In this document: in pieces, positions 18,161 through 25,959 of the stretch
How the letters are laid out: each line of letters starts with the position of its first letter
Numbering within the stretch: the first letter of the stretch is position 1
Assembly (NCBI GenBank): GCA_001515185.1
Contig: LQHI01000062.1
Location: 1 to 36,183 of the forward strand
Reading direction: 5' to 3'
DNA length: 36,183 nucleotides
Source of the DNA: Hadesarchaea archaeon DG-33
GTDB lineage: Archaea; Hadarchaeota; Hadarchaeia; Hadarchaeales; Hadarchaeaceae
Made by a program: the position numbers and the translations under genes
Notes under the pieces: generated by a model
Told to the model about the DNA's origin: nothing
Database searches by the model: none
The model's input: only the letters and a program-made list of their open reading frames with translations

Positions 18161-19386
18161 GTCGAATTGTAGTCAAGTTTGGAGGAACCAGCATAGTGAA
18201 TGGCGAACGCATACGCTTAGGGGCAAAAGCCGTCTATCGAGAGTACAAGAAGGGTACCGAAGTGGCAGTGGTTGTGTCCGCAATGGGGCACACAACCGAT
18301 GAGCTAATTAAAGCGGCAAAAGCGGGCACTGATGGCGGGGTGGACGCCCGAGAACTCGATGATATCATGGCAATGGGGGAGCAAACGAGTGCTCGAGTAT
18401 TCGCTGCAGCGTTGCGTAGCCTTGGGGCGGATGCAAGGTATATTGACCCCAAGCAACGTGAGTGGCCGGTAGTGACTGACAGCAACTTTGGCTCGGCTAA
18501 CGTGAATCTGGTCGAGACGAGGATGCGAGTCCAAAAGTTCATTTTGCCTTTGGTGAAAAAGCGTGTGATTCCGGTAATGTGCGGTTTTTTGGGCAAAGAT
18601 AAGCAAGGCAATATAACAACAATCGGACGTGGAGGCAGCGATATAACGGGTTTCCTTGTGGGAGAATGCTTAGACGCGAATGAGGTGATTATAGTCACCG
18701 ATGCCGAGGGGGTTATGACCGCTGATCCCAACAAAATCAAGAGAGCACAGTTAATAAAGCGCATCTCAGTAGAAGAAATGCGTGACCTAGCGCGCTTTGG
18801 GGCGCAGGTAATGCATCCCCGAGCTATGAGTTATAAAAATCCCCACATAAACGCTAAGGTTATACACTTCCGCTACGGTAATTTATCTGTTCGGGGCACA
18901 ACTATCGTGGGACCAAAGGAGGTCGAATCTGTGAGCGTTCGAGCGTACGAAAAACCGCTTGCGATGCTGACGATAGTCGGAAAAGAAATGCAGACCACGC
19001 CAGGGATACTTGTAAAGTCCGCAACCCCCCTAACTAGAGCGGGCATAAACATCTTCGGCATCTCGATCGGCCCAAGGTCTTTCTCGATCTACGTTATGGA
19101 GGAAGATTCCAGCCGAGCACTTGAGCTGCTGCACAAAAGCATAATTCTAAACAGAAAGATGAAATCAGTGACGAGCGAGAACAACATCGCATTGCTCATA
19201 GCGGAAAGTGAACGCTTCATCTACACGCCGGGTGCTATAACCAAATTGTCGGAACCTCTCGCGCGAGCTCGGATAAATGTCATTGAAATCTTCTCGAGCC
19301 GGGCGTCGATTAGCTTCTTCGTCAACTGGGACGACCGGAAGAAAGCCCTGCGGCTGCTCAAGCAGTCTATGAAGGAGGTTAAATGA
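18148..19386 (+). CDS. lysC: Aspartate kinase with ACT domains
   Basis: VVKFGGTS, VVSAMG..TD, GRGGSD, DAEGVMTADP. Alternative GTG start at 18157 overlaps the lysA stop. Confidence 0.94.
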   Translation: MAEVSRIVVKFGGTSIVNGERIRLGAKAVYREYKKGTEVAVVVSAMGHTTDELIKAAKAGTDGGVDARELDDIMAMGEQTSARVFAAALRSLGADARYIDPKQREWPVVTDSNFGSANVNLVETRMRVQKFILPLVKKRVIPVMCGFLGKDKQGNITTIGRGGSDITGFLVGECLDANEVIIVTDAEGVMTADPNKIKRAQLIKRISVEEMRDLARFGAQVMHPRAMSYKNPHINAKVIHFRYGNLSVRGTTIVGPKEVESVSVRAYEKPLAMLTIVGKEMQTTPGILVKSATPLTRAGINIFGISIGPRSFSIYVMEEDSSRALELLHKSIILNRKMKSVTSENNIALLIAESERFIYTPGAITKLSEPLARARINVIEIFSSRASISFFVNWDDRKKALRLLKQSMKEVK

Positions 19387-20267
19387 TGTTCGAGGGCGCC
19401 CTGACTGCGATGGTCACGCCCTTCGACAACGATGGAAAAATCGACGAGGAAGGGCTTCGCGAAAATGTGAAATTTCAAATCAAAAGTGGCATCCATGGGC
19501 TAGTGCCGGTTGGGACAACAGGCGAATGCGCAACGCTTTCCTATGAAGAACACAACCACGTTGTCGAAATCGTTGTCGATGCGGCGAAGAGAAAAGTGCC
19601 CGTGCTGGCTGGCACTGGGAGCAACAGCACATGGGAGGCAATCATGCTCACGAAACACGCAAAGGAAGTGGGCGCGGACGGAGCGCTACTCGTGGTGCCC
19701 TATTATAACAAGCCAACGCAAGCCGGCCTTTACCAGCACTACAAGCGGCTCGCAGAGGAGGTCGACTTACCCCAAGTGATTTACAACATCCCCTCGCGCA
19801 CGGGCGTCAACATGCAGCCTGAGACAATGGCGAAACTGGCCAAGCTGAATAACATCGTGGGAGTAAAGGAGGCAAGCGGAGACCTAGAGCAAATCGTGCG
19901 GATAATTGGGTTGACTCGCGGCGAAAATTTCATTGTGATCTCTGGCGATGATTCACTGACTCTCGAAATTATGAAACGGGGAGGAGTCGGCGTCATCTCG
20001 GTTACATCAAACCTCGTGCCTGATAAGGTGGTTAAGATTGTAGACTCTTTTCGGTCCGGTGATATTGAGACAGCAAAACGGATTAACGACGAATTAGCAC
20101 CGCTGTTCAAGGCGTTGTTCATCGAGACCAACCCAGGGCCCGTCAAGATGGCCATGAACTTGATAGGGATGGCCGCTGGAGGGCTCAGGCTCCCATTAGT
20201 CGAGCTCGAGCCGGAGAACCGGAAAAAATTGCGCAAGGTTCTAGTCGACATGGGATTGATGAAATGA
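19383..20267 (+). CDS. dapA: 4-hydroxy-tetrahydrodipicolinate synthase
   Basis: GTTGE, PYYNKP, YNIPSRTG, GVKEAS, ETNPGPVK. Confidence 0.96.
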   Translation: MMFEGALTAMVTPFDNDGKIDEEGLRENVKFQIKSGIHGLVPVGTTGECATLSYEEHNHVVEIVVDAAKRKVPVLAGTGSNSTWEAIMLTKHAKEVGADGALLVVPYYNKPTQAGLYQHYKRLAEEVDLPQVIYNIPSRTGVNMQPETMAKLAKLNNIVGVKEASGDLEQIVRIIGLTRGENFIVISGDDSLTLEIMKRGGVGVISVTSNLVPDKVVKIVDSFRSGDIETAKRINDELAPLFKALFIETNPGPVKMAMNLIGMAAGGLRLPLVELEPENRKKLRKVLVDMGLMK

Positions 20268-21037
20268 TTCGAGTTGCCGTCTGCGGTGCTTGCGGGCGAA
20301 TGGGCAGGCTAATCGTTCACCAAGTCGCGAAACAAGCGGACATGGAGTTAGTTGCGGCCATCGATGCCCATGGTACCCCAAGCGCAGGAGAGGACGCCGG
20401 GAAACTCGCCGGCGTGGGTGAACTCGGCGTAAAGATCGTTGGCGCAGACAAACTGGCTGAGACGCTGAAGAGATTAAACCCAGATGTCTTAGTGGACTTC
20501 ACCACAGCAGATGCCACAGTTCAGAACGTCAAAACTGCATCCCAAACGGGCGTTTCTGTGGTTGTGGGTACTACCGGGTTCACAGCCGAACAGCGGGTTG
20601 AAATGGAGGAAGCCGTGAAAAAGGGAAAAATCCGGGCAATCATCTCACCAAACATGTCGATCGGCGTGAATGTATTTTTCAAATCGGCAAAGGAAACTGC
20701 AAGGATGTTGGGCAGCGATTACGGAGTAGAGATTGTTGAAGCGCATCACGTGCACAAGCGCGACGCACCCAGCGGAACCGCGCGGAGGATTGCGCATATC
20801 ATCGCGAGGGAATTCAACTGGAGCGAAGATAAAATCAAAATTAAATCGATTAGAGAAGGCGAAATTGTCGGTGAACACACGGTGATATTTTCCACACCGG
20901 AGGAGCGGGTCGAGATCATCCATCGTGCACAGAGTCGTGAGACGTTTGCTGCCGGGGCAATGAAGGCAATCCGCTACGTCGTGGAAAAAGGCAAGCCAGG
21001 CGTTGTAGAAGACATGCAGAATGTTTTGGGTTTATAG
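20264..21037 (+). CDS. dapB: 4-hydroxy-tetrahydrodipicolinate reductase
   Basis: GACGRMG, VVGTTG, EAHHVHKRDAPSGTA. Confidence 0.96.
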   Translation: MIRVAVCGACGRMGRLIVHQVAKQADMELVAAIDAHGTPSAGEDAGKLAGVGELGVKIVGADKLAETLKRLNPDVLVDFTTADATVQNVKTASQTGVSVVVGTTGFTAEQRVEMEEAVKKGKIRAIISPNMSIGVNVFFKSAKETARMLGSDYGVEIVEAHHVHKRDAPSGTARRIAHIIAREFNWSEDKIKIKSIREGEIVGEHTVIFSTPEERVEIIHRAQSRETFAAGAMKAIRYVVEKGKPGVVEDMQNVLGL

Positions 21038-21070
21038 TCTATTGCGCTCATTTAGTGAAACGGGAGTACC

Positions 21071-22114
21071 TTGTCTAGCGTAATTCATTTTTGTAGGAGA
21101 GAAGAGGATTTTTATAACATAGGCGAAATCGCCATAGCTTATTCGATCAGAGACATGCTACGCCCCCGTTTGAAACCATTTACCTACACTCCGGGCGAGG
21201 TCAAAGAACTAGAAAAACCGCAACCCACCGAGTTTGTCGAGACAATCAACCGGCATGATATTTGCGTAATCGGGGGAGGAGGATTATACTCCAAATTTTT
21301 TCTCCCGATGGATGCTAAAGTTATCAAATCGATAGAAATACCGATTGTGCTCTATGGGATAGGCTACATCAGAAATCTCGGAGACAAGGAACTAACTCAT
21401 GAACAAATAGAAAGCGTTCGATTATTGAACACATGCGCCAAGCTCACCTCCGTTCGGGACGAATACACCGGTAAATTTTTGAGAGATTTAGGAGTAAGCG
21501 ACGTACACGTAACTGGTGATCCCGCAATTTTTCTCGATTCTGAAGAGACTAGCCAAGTTGTCCTAGATGATAGTAAAATAAAGATAGGTATAAACGTGGC
21601 TTGCCACTACTGGGCGCTATACCCTAAATATTTGTACACGACAATTGACGAGTACACCAAAGCTTGCGAATTTTTAATCAATCATCTAAACGCAGAAATC
21701 GTATATTTAGCACACCACCCCGATGAGCACCACGTTGTTGAGATAATGAGGAAGAAAAAATTGCCGCTCAAAGTGGTGGATACATCCCCCAACCCATACA
21801 AAATGAAATTCATTTACGGCAAACTGGATTTGGTCATTGGAATGATGATGCATTCCACAGTACTGGCGTTCGGAAGCGGAACCCCAATAGTAAATGTTGC
21901 CTACGACGCCAAAAATTACAATTTCATGGAGTTCATTGGTCAAAAAGATAAAGTAATAGATGTCAGAAACGCTAATCAGGAAAATATTAAGGAAGTCTCA
22001 TTGCGTACTTTCGATGATTCGGAAAATATCAAGAAAGATTTCAGGGCTCTAAAGCGTAAACTGTGGGCACAACAAGAAGAGTTCCTAACAAAAATTAGCA
22101 AATTGCCAACCTAA
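21071..22114 (+). CDS. Polysaccharide pyruvyl transferase family protein (WcaK/CsaB-like)
   Basis: NIGE, IGGGGL, YGIG, SVRDEY, GDPA, GMMMHS, AYDAK motifs; AT-richer than the flanks. Confidence 0.85.
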   Translation: MSSVIHFCRREEDFYNIGEIAIAYSIRDMLRPRLKPFTYTPGEVKELEKPQPTEFVETINRHDICVIGGGGLYSKFFLPMDAKVIKSIEIPIVLYGIGYIRNLGDKELTHEQIESVRLLNTCAKLTSVRDEYTGKFLRDLGVSDVHVTGDPAIFLDSEETSQVVLDDSKIKIGINVACHYWALYPKYLYTTIDEYTKACEFLINHLNAEIVYLAHHPDEHHVVEIMRKKKLPLKVVDTSPNPYKMKFIYGKLDLVIGMMMHSTVLAFGSGTPIVNVAYDAKNYNFMEFIGQKDKVIDVRNANQENIKEVSLRTFDDSENIKKDFRALKRKLWAQQEEFLTKISKLPT

Positions 22115-22180
22115 AAATTAATCAAGATTGTAATCGCTATTTTTTTCTCAAAGAAGATGGTTTTCTTTGCTTATGGAAGG

Positions 22181-22302
22181 GGCAAGGTAACCCACGCCTA
22201 CAGAATCTACACTTCTCGGGTTTAGGCGGAGCTGGAAGCGGCCCGACCATGTGTCCATACTTACGGCGGGGCATCTAGACACCAAAATCTTTTCACCTTG
22301 CC
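22181..22302 (-). ncRNA. Candidate structured ncRNA (122 nt, unknown family)
   Basis: 8-bp closing stem GGCAAGGU/ACCUUGCC, two internal hairpins, G-U pairs favouring the minus strand, and a TATA-like TATTATA 27 nt upstream. Confidence 0.5.
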
Positions 22303-22305
22303 AAA

Positions 22306-22329
22306 TTAAATAATCTTGAAAGTATAATA
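22306..22329. promoter_or_regulatory. Adjacent TATA-like boxes of divergent promoters (asd on +, ncRNA candidate on -)
   Basis: TTAAATAA at 22306-22313 on + lies about 30 nt before the asd ATG; TATTATA at 22329-22323 on - lies before the ncRNA candidate. Confidence 0.45.
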
Positions 22330-22343
22330 TAGCGGGCGATAGA

Positions 22344-23483
22344 ATGGCAAAAATCCCAGTTGCTGTCTTGGGCGCGACGGGCGAGGTTGGGCAGAAATTT
22401 GTAATCAACCTCCAGAGGCACCCGTGGTTCGAGCTCACGGCATTGTATGCATCGGAAAGGTCCGCTGACAAGACTTATGCGGACGCACTAAACTATGGAA
22501 AGGAAAATTCAAGATGGTTTTGTAAGGGGATGCCTAGCGAAAAAATTCTAGGCATGACAGTACGGAATCTTAGCAACGTGCACCCTGAAGAAAACAGCTT
22601 GTTCTTTTCAGCATTACCCTCGGAAACAGCACTAGAGGTCGAGGGAAAAATCGCAGGGGAAAAGCCAGTGGTCAGCACGGCTTCCGCATACCGTTATTTC
22701 GACGACAGCTTCGTATACCTGCCAGGTGTGAACGAGTTACATGCGGGCATCATAGATGTGCAACAAAAAGGCAGGGGTTGGAAGGGATTTGTCGTGCCTC
22801 AGCCTAACTGCACGACTATAGGTTTAGTAATGTCGTTGAAGCCTGTGCACGATGAGTTCGGACTTGAGCACGTGACGATGGCTTCGATGCAGTCCGTGTC
22901 CGGCGCGGGGTATGGTGCGGTCAGGAGCTGGGCCGAACAGCGAAAGGTACAGGGGTCCGACCTTCCGGCTGAGCTTGAGGAATTTTCCCAAGGTGTCTTC
23001 GAGGGTAACGTCATTCCGTACATTCACATGGAAGAAGAAAAAGTCAGAAAAGAAACGATGAAGCTCCTCGGAGAATTCAGCGCGGGTAAAATCAGACCCG
23101 CGGGATTCAAGATTGCATGCAAATGTAATCGCGTCCCGGTCCTCGACGGCCACACGGAGTCCGTTTTCATTGAGACCACGAAAGGATGCAGTATTGATGC
23201 GCTAAAAGAAGTTTGGAAAAGCTATCGGGGCGAACCGCATAAACTAGCATTACCTACAGCACCCAAGCAGCCGATAATAGTCATGGGGGAAATCGACAGG
23301 CCCCAGCCGAGGTTCGATGCAGCCATGGAAGGTGGCATGGTCGCAATCATCGGAGGAGTGGAAGCGAACGCTTTTGACAATGGCTTCCAGTACACCGTGC
23401 TCTCACACAACACCGAGCTCGGTGCAGCGAAGGGTGCGGTGCTAGCAGCTGAGTACCTTAACAAAATTGGGCTAATCAAATGA
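22344..23483 (+). CDS. asd: Aspartate-semialdehyde dehydrogenase (archaeal type)
   Basis: LGATGEVGQ, PNCTT (catalytic Cys), QSVSGAG, NVIPYI, RVPVLDGH, HNTELGAA. Confidence 0.95.
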   Translation: MAKIPVAVLGATGEVGQKFVINLQRHPWFELTALYASERSADKTYADALNYGKENSRWFCKGMPSEKILGMTVRNLSNVHPEENSLFFSALPSETALEVEGKIAGEKPVVSTASAYRYFDDSFVYLPGVNELHAGIIDVQQKGRGWKGFVVPQPNCTTIGLVMSLKPVHDEFGLEHVTMASMQSVSGAGYGAVRSWAEQRKVQGSDLPAELEEFSQGVFEGNVIPYIHMEEEKVRKETMKLLGEFSAGKIRPAGFKIACKCNRVPVLDGHTESVFIETTKGCSIDALKEVWKSYRGEPHKLALPTAPKQPIIVMGEIDRPQPRFDAAMEGGMVAIIGGVEANAFDNGFQYTVLSHNTELGAAKGAVLAAEYLNKIGLIK

Positions 23484-23584
23484 AAAACGTGGCATCCTAA
23501 AGGATAACCACGGTGTACCTATGCGGCAATTGAAAGCGAGCAATATTGTTACAGGCTATCTTAAGTGAGGCTAGCACAGGATAG

Positions 23585-24202
23585 TCAGCGACTTCTTAGG
23601 AGTGGACGAAATATTTTCTGTAATAGCTTGCGCTCGCGAACCTTCTTGTATATGAGAAAGGCGAATGTCACGGCAATCAATATCAAATAAAGCACCAATG
23701 GACTGGGCAGGGCCCCCACAATTCCGGCAAATACAAAGGTCCAGAAAATGCTGGAAATCACCGCACCGACAGCGATGGATGCGAGGATCGTCTTCTTCTT
23801 TATGTTTAGTATGTAAGCACAGAGGGCCGCCCAAGAGACGCCAACCAAAAATGTGAATCCAACCACACCGAGAGCAAAACCGAACTGTCCCGTTCGGCGC
23901 TCAAATTTTCGTATGTAACCGTCAATGTCTACCCTGAATCTTTTAGATTTAGCCGCCGCGTACCCCATAACACGGGAGATAATACGATTTTTGTAACGCA
24001 TGCTATATCCAATAAATTCGAAAAACCCAAACCATACTGGCACGAGAGTCGCGTGGATGATACTAACAGCGATTGCGGTGTCAAAAGTCGACATTCCTTG
24101 GGCAAACGCGAACGGTATAGAGCCAAATGGGCCCAAGAGCAGAGTCAGCGCGACCAACCCGATAATAGACATAATCAACCCCTTATTGACTTCCTTAGGC
24201 AA
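23585..24202 (-). CDS. Membrane protein, probably small multidrug export (COG2426)-like
   Basis: Hydrophobic protein with a basic central loop and GVSWAALCAYILNI (resembling the family G-x-W-x-G motif). TTG start lies about 14 nt downstream of the tRNA 3' end. Confidence 0.65.
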   Translation of the reverse strand: MPKEVNKGLIMSIIGLVALTLLLGPFGSIPFAFAQGMSTFDTAIAVSIIHATLVPVWFGFFEFIGYSMRYKNRIISRVMGYAAAKSKRFRVDIDGYIRKFERRTGQFGFALGVVGFTFLVGVSWAALCAYILNIKKKTILASIAVGAVISSIFWTFVFAGIVGALPSPLVLYLILIAVTFAFLIYKKVRERKLLQKIFRPLLRSR

Positions 24203-24231
24203 TCAAACCAGATAAGGTAGCGGGGAGTGGA

Positions 24232-24261
24232 AATTCCGAGAGAGGTTTTACGCCACTCTCT
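24232..24261 (-). other. tRNA intron 4 (30 nt, position 59/60, T-loop)
   Basis: Outer helix is the T-stem AGTGG/CCACT; central helix TTCA/GGAA (3 of 4 pairs); bulges AG|A and TT|T; inner stem GAGAG/CTCTC. Confidence 0.88.
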
Positions 24262-24283
24262 CTTGAACCACTGACCTCCGGGT

Positions 24284-24317
24284 CTCGCAGGAGCGCCAAA
24301 CTCACGGCTTGACGCCT
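24284..24317 (-). other. tRNA intron 3 (34 nt, canonical position 37/38)
   Basis: Central helix CTCA/TGCG (3 of 4 pairs), bulges TA|A and AG|A, inner stems GG/CC and CGTCAAGC/GTTTGGCG. Confidence 0.9.
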
Positions 24318-24324
24318 TATGAGC

Positions 24325-24345
24325 TTCGCCCGTGGTTTTCCACGA
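24325..24345 (-). other. tRNA intron 2 (21 nt, position 30/31)
   Basis: Central helix CGCC/GGCG, bulges GG|T and AA|G, inner stem CGTGG/CCACG; no outer helix (relaxed BHB). Confidence 0.9.
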
Positions 24346-24367
24346 CCGGCGGGCACTCCATGCTGCC

Positions 24368-24398
24368 GTAGGGGCAGAGTAGTTTTCCTACTGCTGCT
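24368..24398 (-). other. tRNA intron 1 (31 nt, position 10/11)
   Basis: Inner hairpin GCAG.AGTAG-GAAAA-CTACT.CTGC; central helix GGGT/CCCT (3 of 4 pairs); bulges AG|A and AC|G. Confidence 0.8.
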
Positions 24399-24651
24399 CT
24401 ACCCCGCTGCAGGTAGCTACCCCGCTACCGTGAATTCGTCTGATTTTTCGGGATAAATGATTTGTGTTTCTAAAAGCAGCAAGTGCAATGCCGAGATTTT
24501 TTATCAATACAAAAGAACCCACCGCCAACAAACAACCCAACTAAGTATCCTCTTTCAGCCGCGTCTAATTAGTGTATTCAATTTCTTTTGGCGGTACCCA
24601 CATTCACCCGCCGAGGCTTTGGGTGGAGTTCTTTATAAAGAGAAAAACTCG

Positions 24652-25143
24652 CTACTGTTGGGGTCCTAGCTCAGCAGGTTTTAAGAATTTGCGCAGCAGG
24701 CCCCCCAGCACGGCGCCAACGCCGACAATGGCCACCAACATAAAAGCATAGAGAAACATGTCCCCATATAGCAGGAATAATACCTCTTCATGACTAGCCT
24801 GAGGAACTACGATATCAGAGACGCCTCGTGTGAAGAGGAGGAACATGTTCGCGAGGATAGGGCTGCAAATAATTAAAGTACCGTTCAACCCCCCAGCTCG
24901 AAATTGACTCCACCAGCCTCTGACCTCCCGAGCGAGCAAGTAGCCGGTAACCGCGCCACCTATAAAAAAGGTGAAGATCCCCCCTACAAAAAGTAAGCTG
25001 ACGCCCGCCCCGAATAAAAAGCCATAAAGTACGGGTCGTAGGTAAAGCCGTCGATCGAGTTTTCGGCCTAACAAGAATAACAAGACCCCTATGAGAACCA
25101 CTGCGACAACGCTATAGAGCAATCCAAATGTAAAGTCGTCCAT
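24652..25143 (-). CDS. Hypothetical membrane protein
   Basis: 163-aa Gly-rich hydrophobic ORF with an AGGTG SD-like motif upstream. Confidence 0.7.
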   Translation of the reverse strand: MDDFTFGLLYSVVAVVLIGVLLFLLGRKLDRRLYLRPVLYGFLFGAGVSLLFVGGIFTFFIGGAVTGYLLAREVRGWWSQFRAGGLNGTLIICSPILANMFLLFTRGVSDIVVPQASHEEVLFLLYGDMFLYAFMLVAIVGVGAVLGGLLRKFLKPAELGPQQ

Positions 25144-25233
25144 CGCTGCACCTTAAATCTTAGAGATTAATAAATGTGTCTTGGTGAGAAACTTTTAGGT
25201 TATCCCGAAGAGTGTTAAAATGGGGTTACGACC

Positions 25234-25959
25234 TTGAAGATGCTAAGGATAGAGAATCTAACTGTAGAAATCGCGGGAAAACGGGTGCTCGGAGGAGTTA
25301 ACCTAGAGGTACCCAAAGGGGAGATCCACGTTTTGCTCGGGCCCAACGGATCCGGGAAGACCTCGCTGATAACGTCAATTTTGGGCTTCCCGAGTTGCCA
25401 CATTCTATCTGGCAATATTCGTTTCAATGGCACTGACATCACCACCATGCCAACGGATGAGCGCGTGAAGCTAGGCATCGGGGTGGCCTTCCAAAACCCC
25501 CCGCAAATAAGAGGTGTCAAACTGGGCGATGTTTTGCGACACCTCACCAAGGGAAAAATCGATGAAGTAAAGCTGGCAGGAACTACAAATATTCCCGTGG
25601 ATTTTTTCGGCAGAGATTTGAATTTGGGATTCTCCGGAGGCGAGCTCAAGCGGACGGAGATTCTACAGTTGCTCGCCCAACGACCAGATTTTGCGATATT
25701 CGATGAGCCCGACTCAGGAGTAGATGTTGAGAATCTAGAGGTCATAGGCAAGGCAATCAACGAATTCCTCAAGAACCGATCTGGCCTGTTGATAACCCAC
25801 CTCGGCCACATCCTGCGCTACTTAAAAGTGGACAAAGCCCATGTGATGTTTTATGGAACGATCGCCTGCTCTGGAAAGCCGACCAATATTATCAACCGAA
25901 TCATGAAAAAAGGCTACAAGTGGTGTGAGCGATGCCCAAAGGTAAAAAAACTACGCTGA
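25234..25959 (+). CDS. sufC: Fe-S assembly ATPase SufC (SmsC-type)
   Basis: GPNGSGKT, FQNP, GFSGGELKR, DEPDSGVD, C-terminal CERC; paired with sufB. Confidence 0.93.
   Translation: MKMLRIENLTVEIAGKRVLGGVNLEVPKGEIHVLLGPNGSGKTSLITSILGFPSCHILSGNIRFNGTDITTMPTDERVKLGIGVAFQNPPQIRGVKLGDVLRHLTKGKIDEVKLAGTTNIPVDFFGRDLNLGFSGGELKRTEILQLLAQRPDFAIFDEPDSGVDVENLEVIGKAINEFLKNRSGLLITHLGHILRYLKVDKAHVMFYGTIACSGKPTNIINRIMKKGYKWCERCPKVKKLR

Larger units (their letters stand above)
24216..24408 (-). tRNA. Initiator tRNA-Met(CAU) gene interrupted by four introns
   Basis: Exons 24408-24399, 24367-24346, 24324-24318, 24283-24262 and 24231-24218 join to AGCGGGG TA GGGC AGCATGGAGT GCCC G CCGGG CTCATAA CCCGG AGGTC AGTGG TTCAAGT CCACT CCCCGCT A (followed by CC). 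All four stems pair; A1-U72 and three G-C pairs in the anticodon stem mark an initiator. Confidence 0.93.

Noticed and set aside
22181..22302. 5S rRNA, tRNA or lysine riboswitch upstream of asd
   Set aside because: The length fits 5S, but the CCGAAC and GAAGUUAAG motifs are absent. No T-arm or D-arm could be reconstructed. No L-box consensus is present, and the structure favours the strand opposite to asd.
23487..23512. Hairpin CGTGG-ATCC/GGAT-CCACG after the asd stop
   Set aside because: Possibly a terminator between convergent genes, but there is no U-tract and support is insufficient.
24216..24430. SRP RNA, RNase P RNA or a MITE (10-bp terminal inverted repeat)
   Set aside because: No SRP or RNase P signature motifs; the sequence is fully explained by tRNA exons plus BHB introns.
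24457..24669. 70-aa ORF and scattered inverted repeats (ACCGCCAA/TTGGCGGT) upstream of the tRNA
   Set aside because: No recognisable protein features or coherent fold; overlaps the probable tRNA promoter region.
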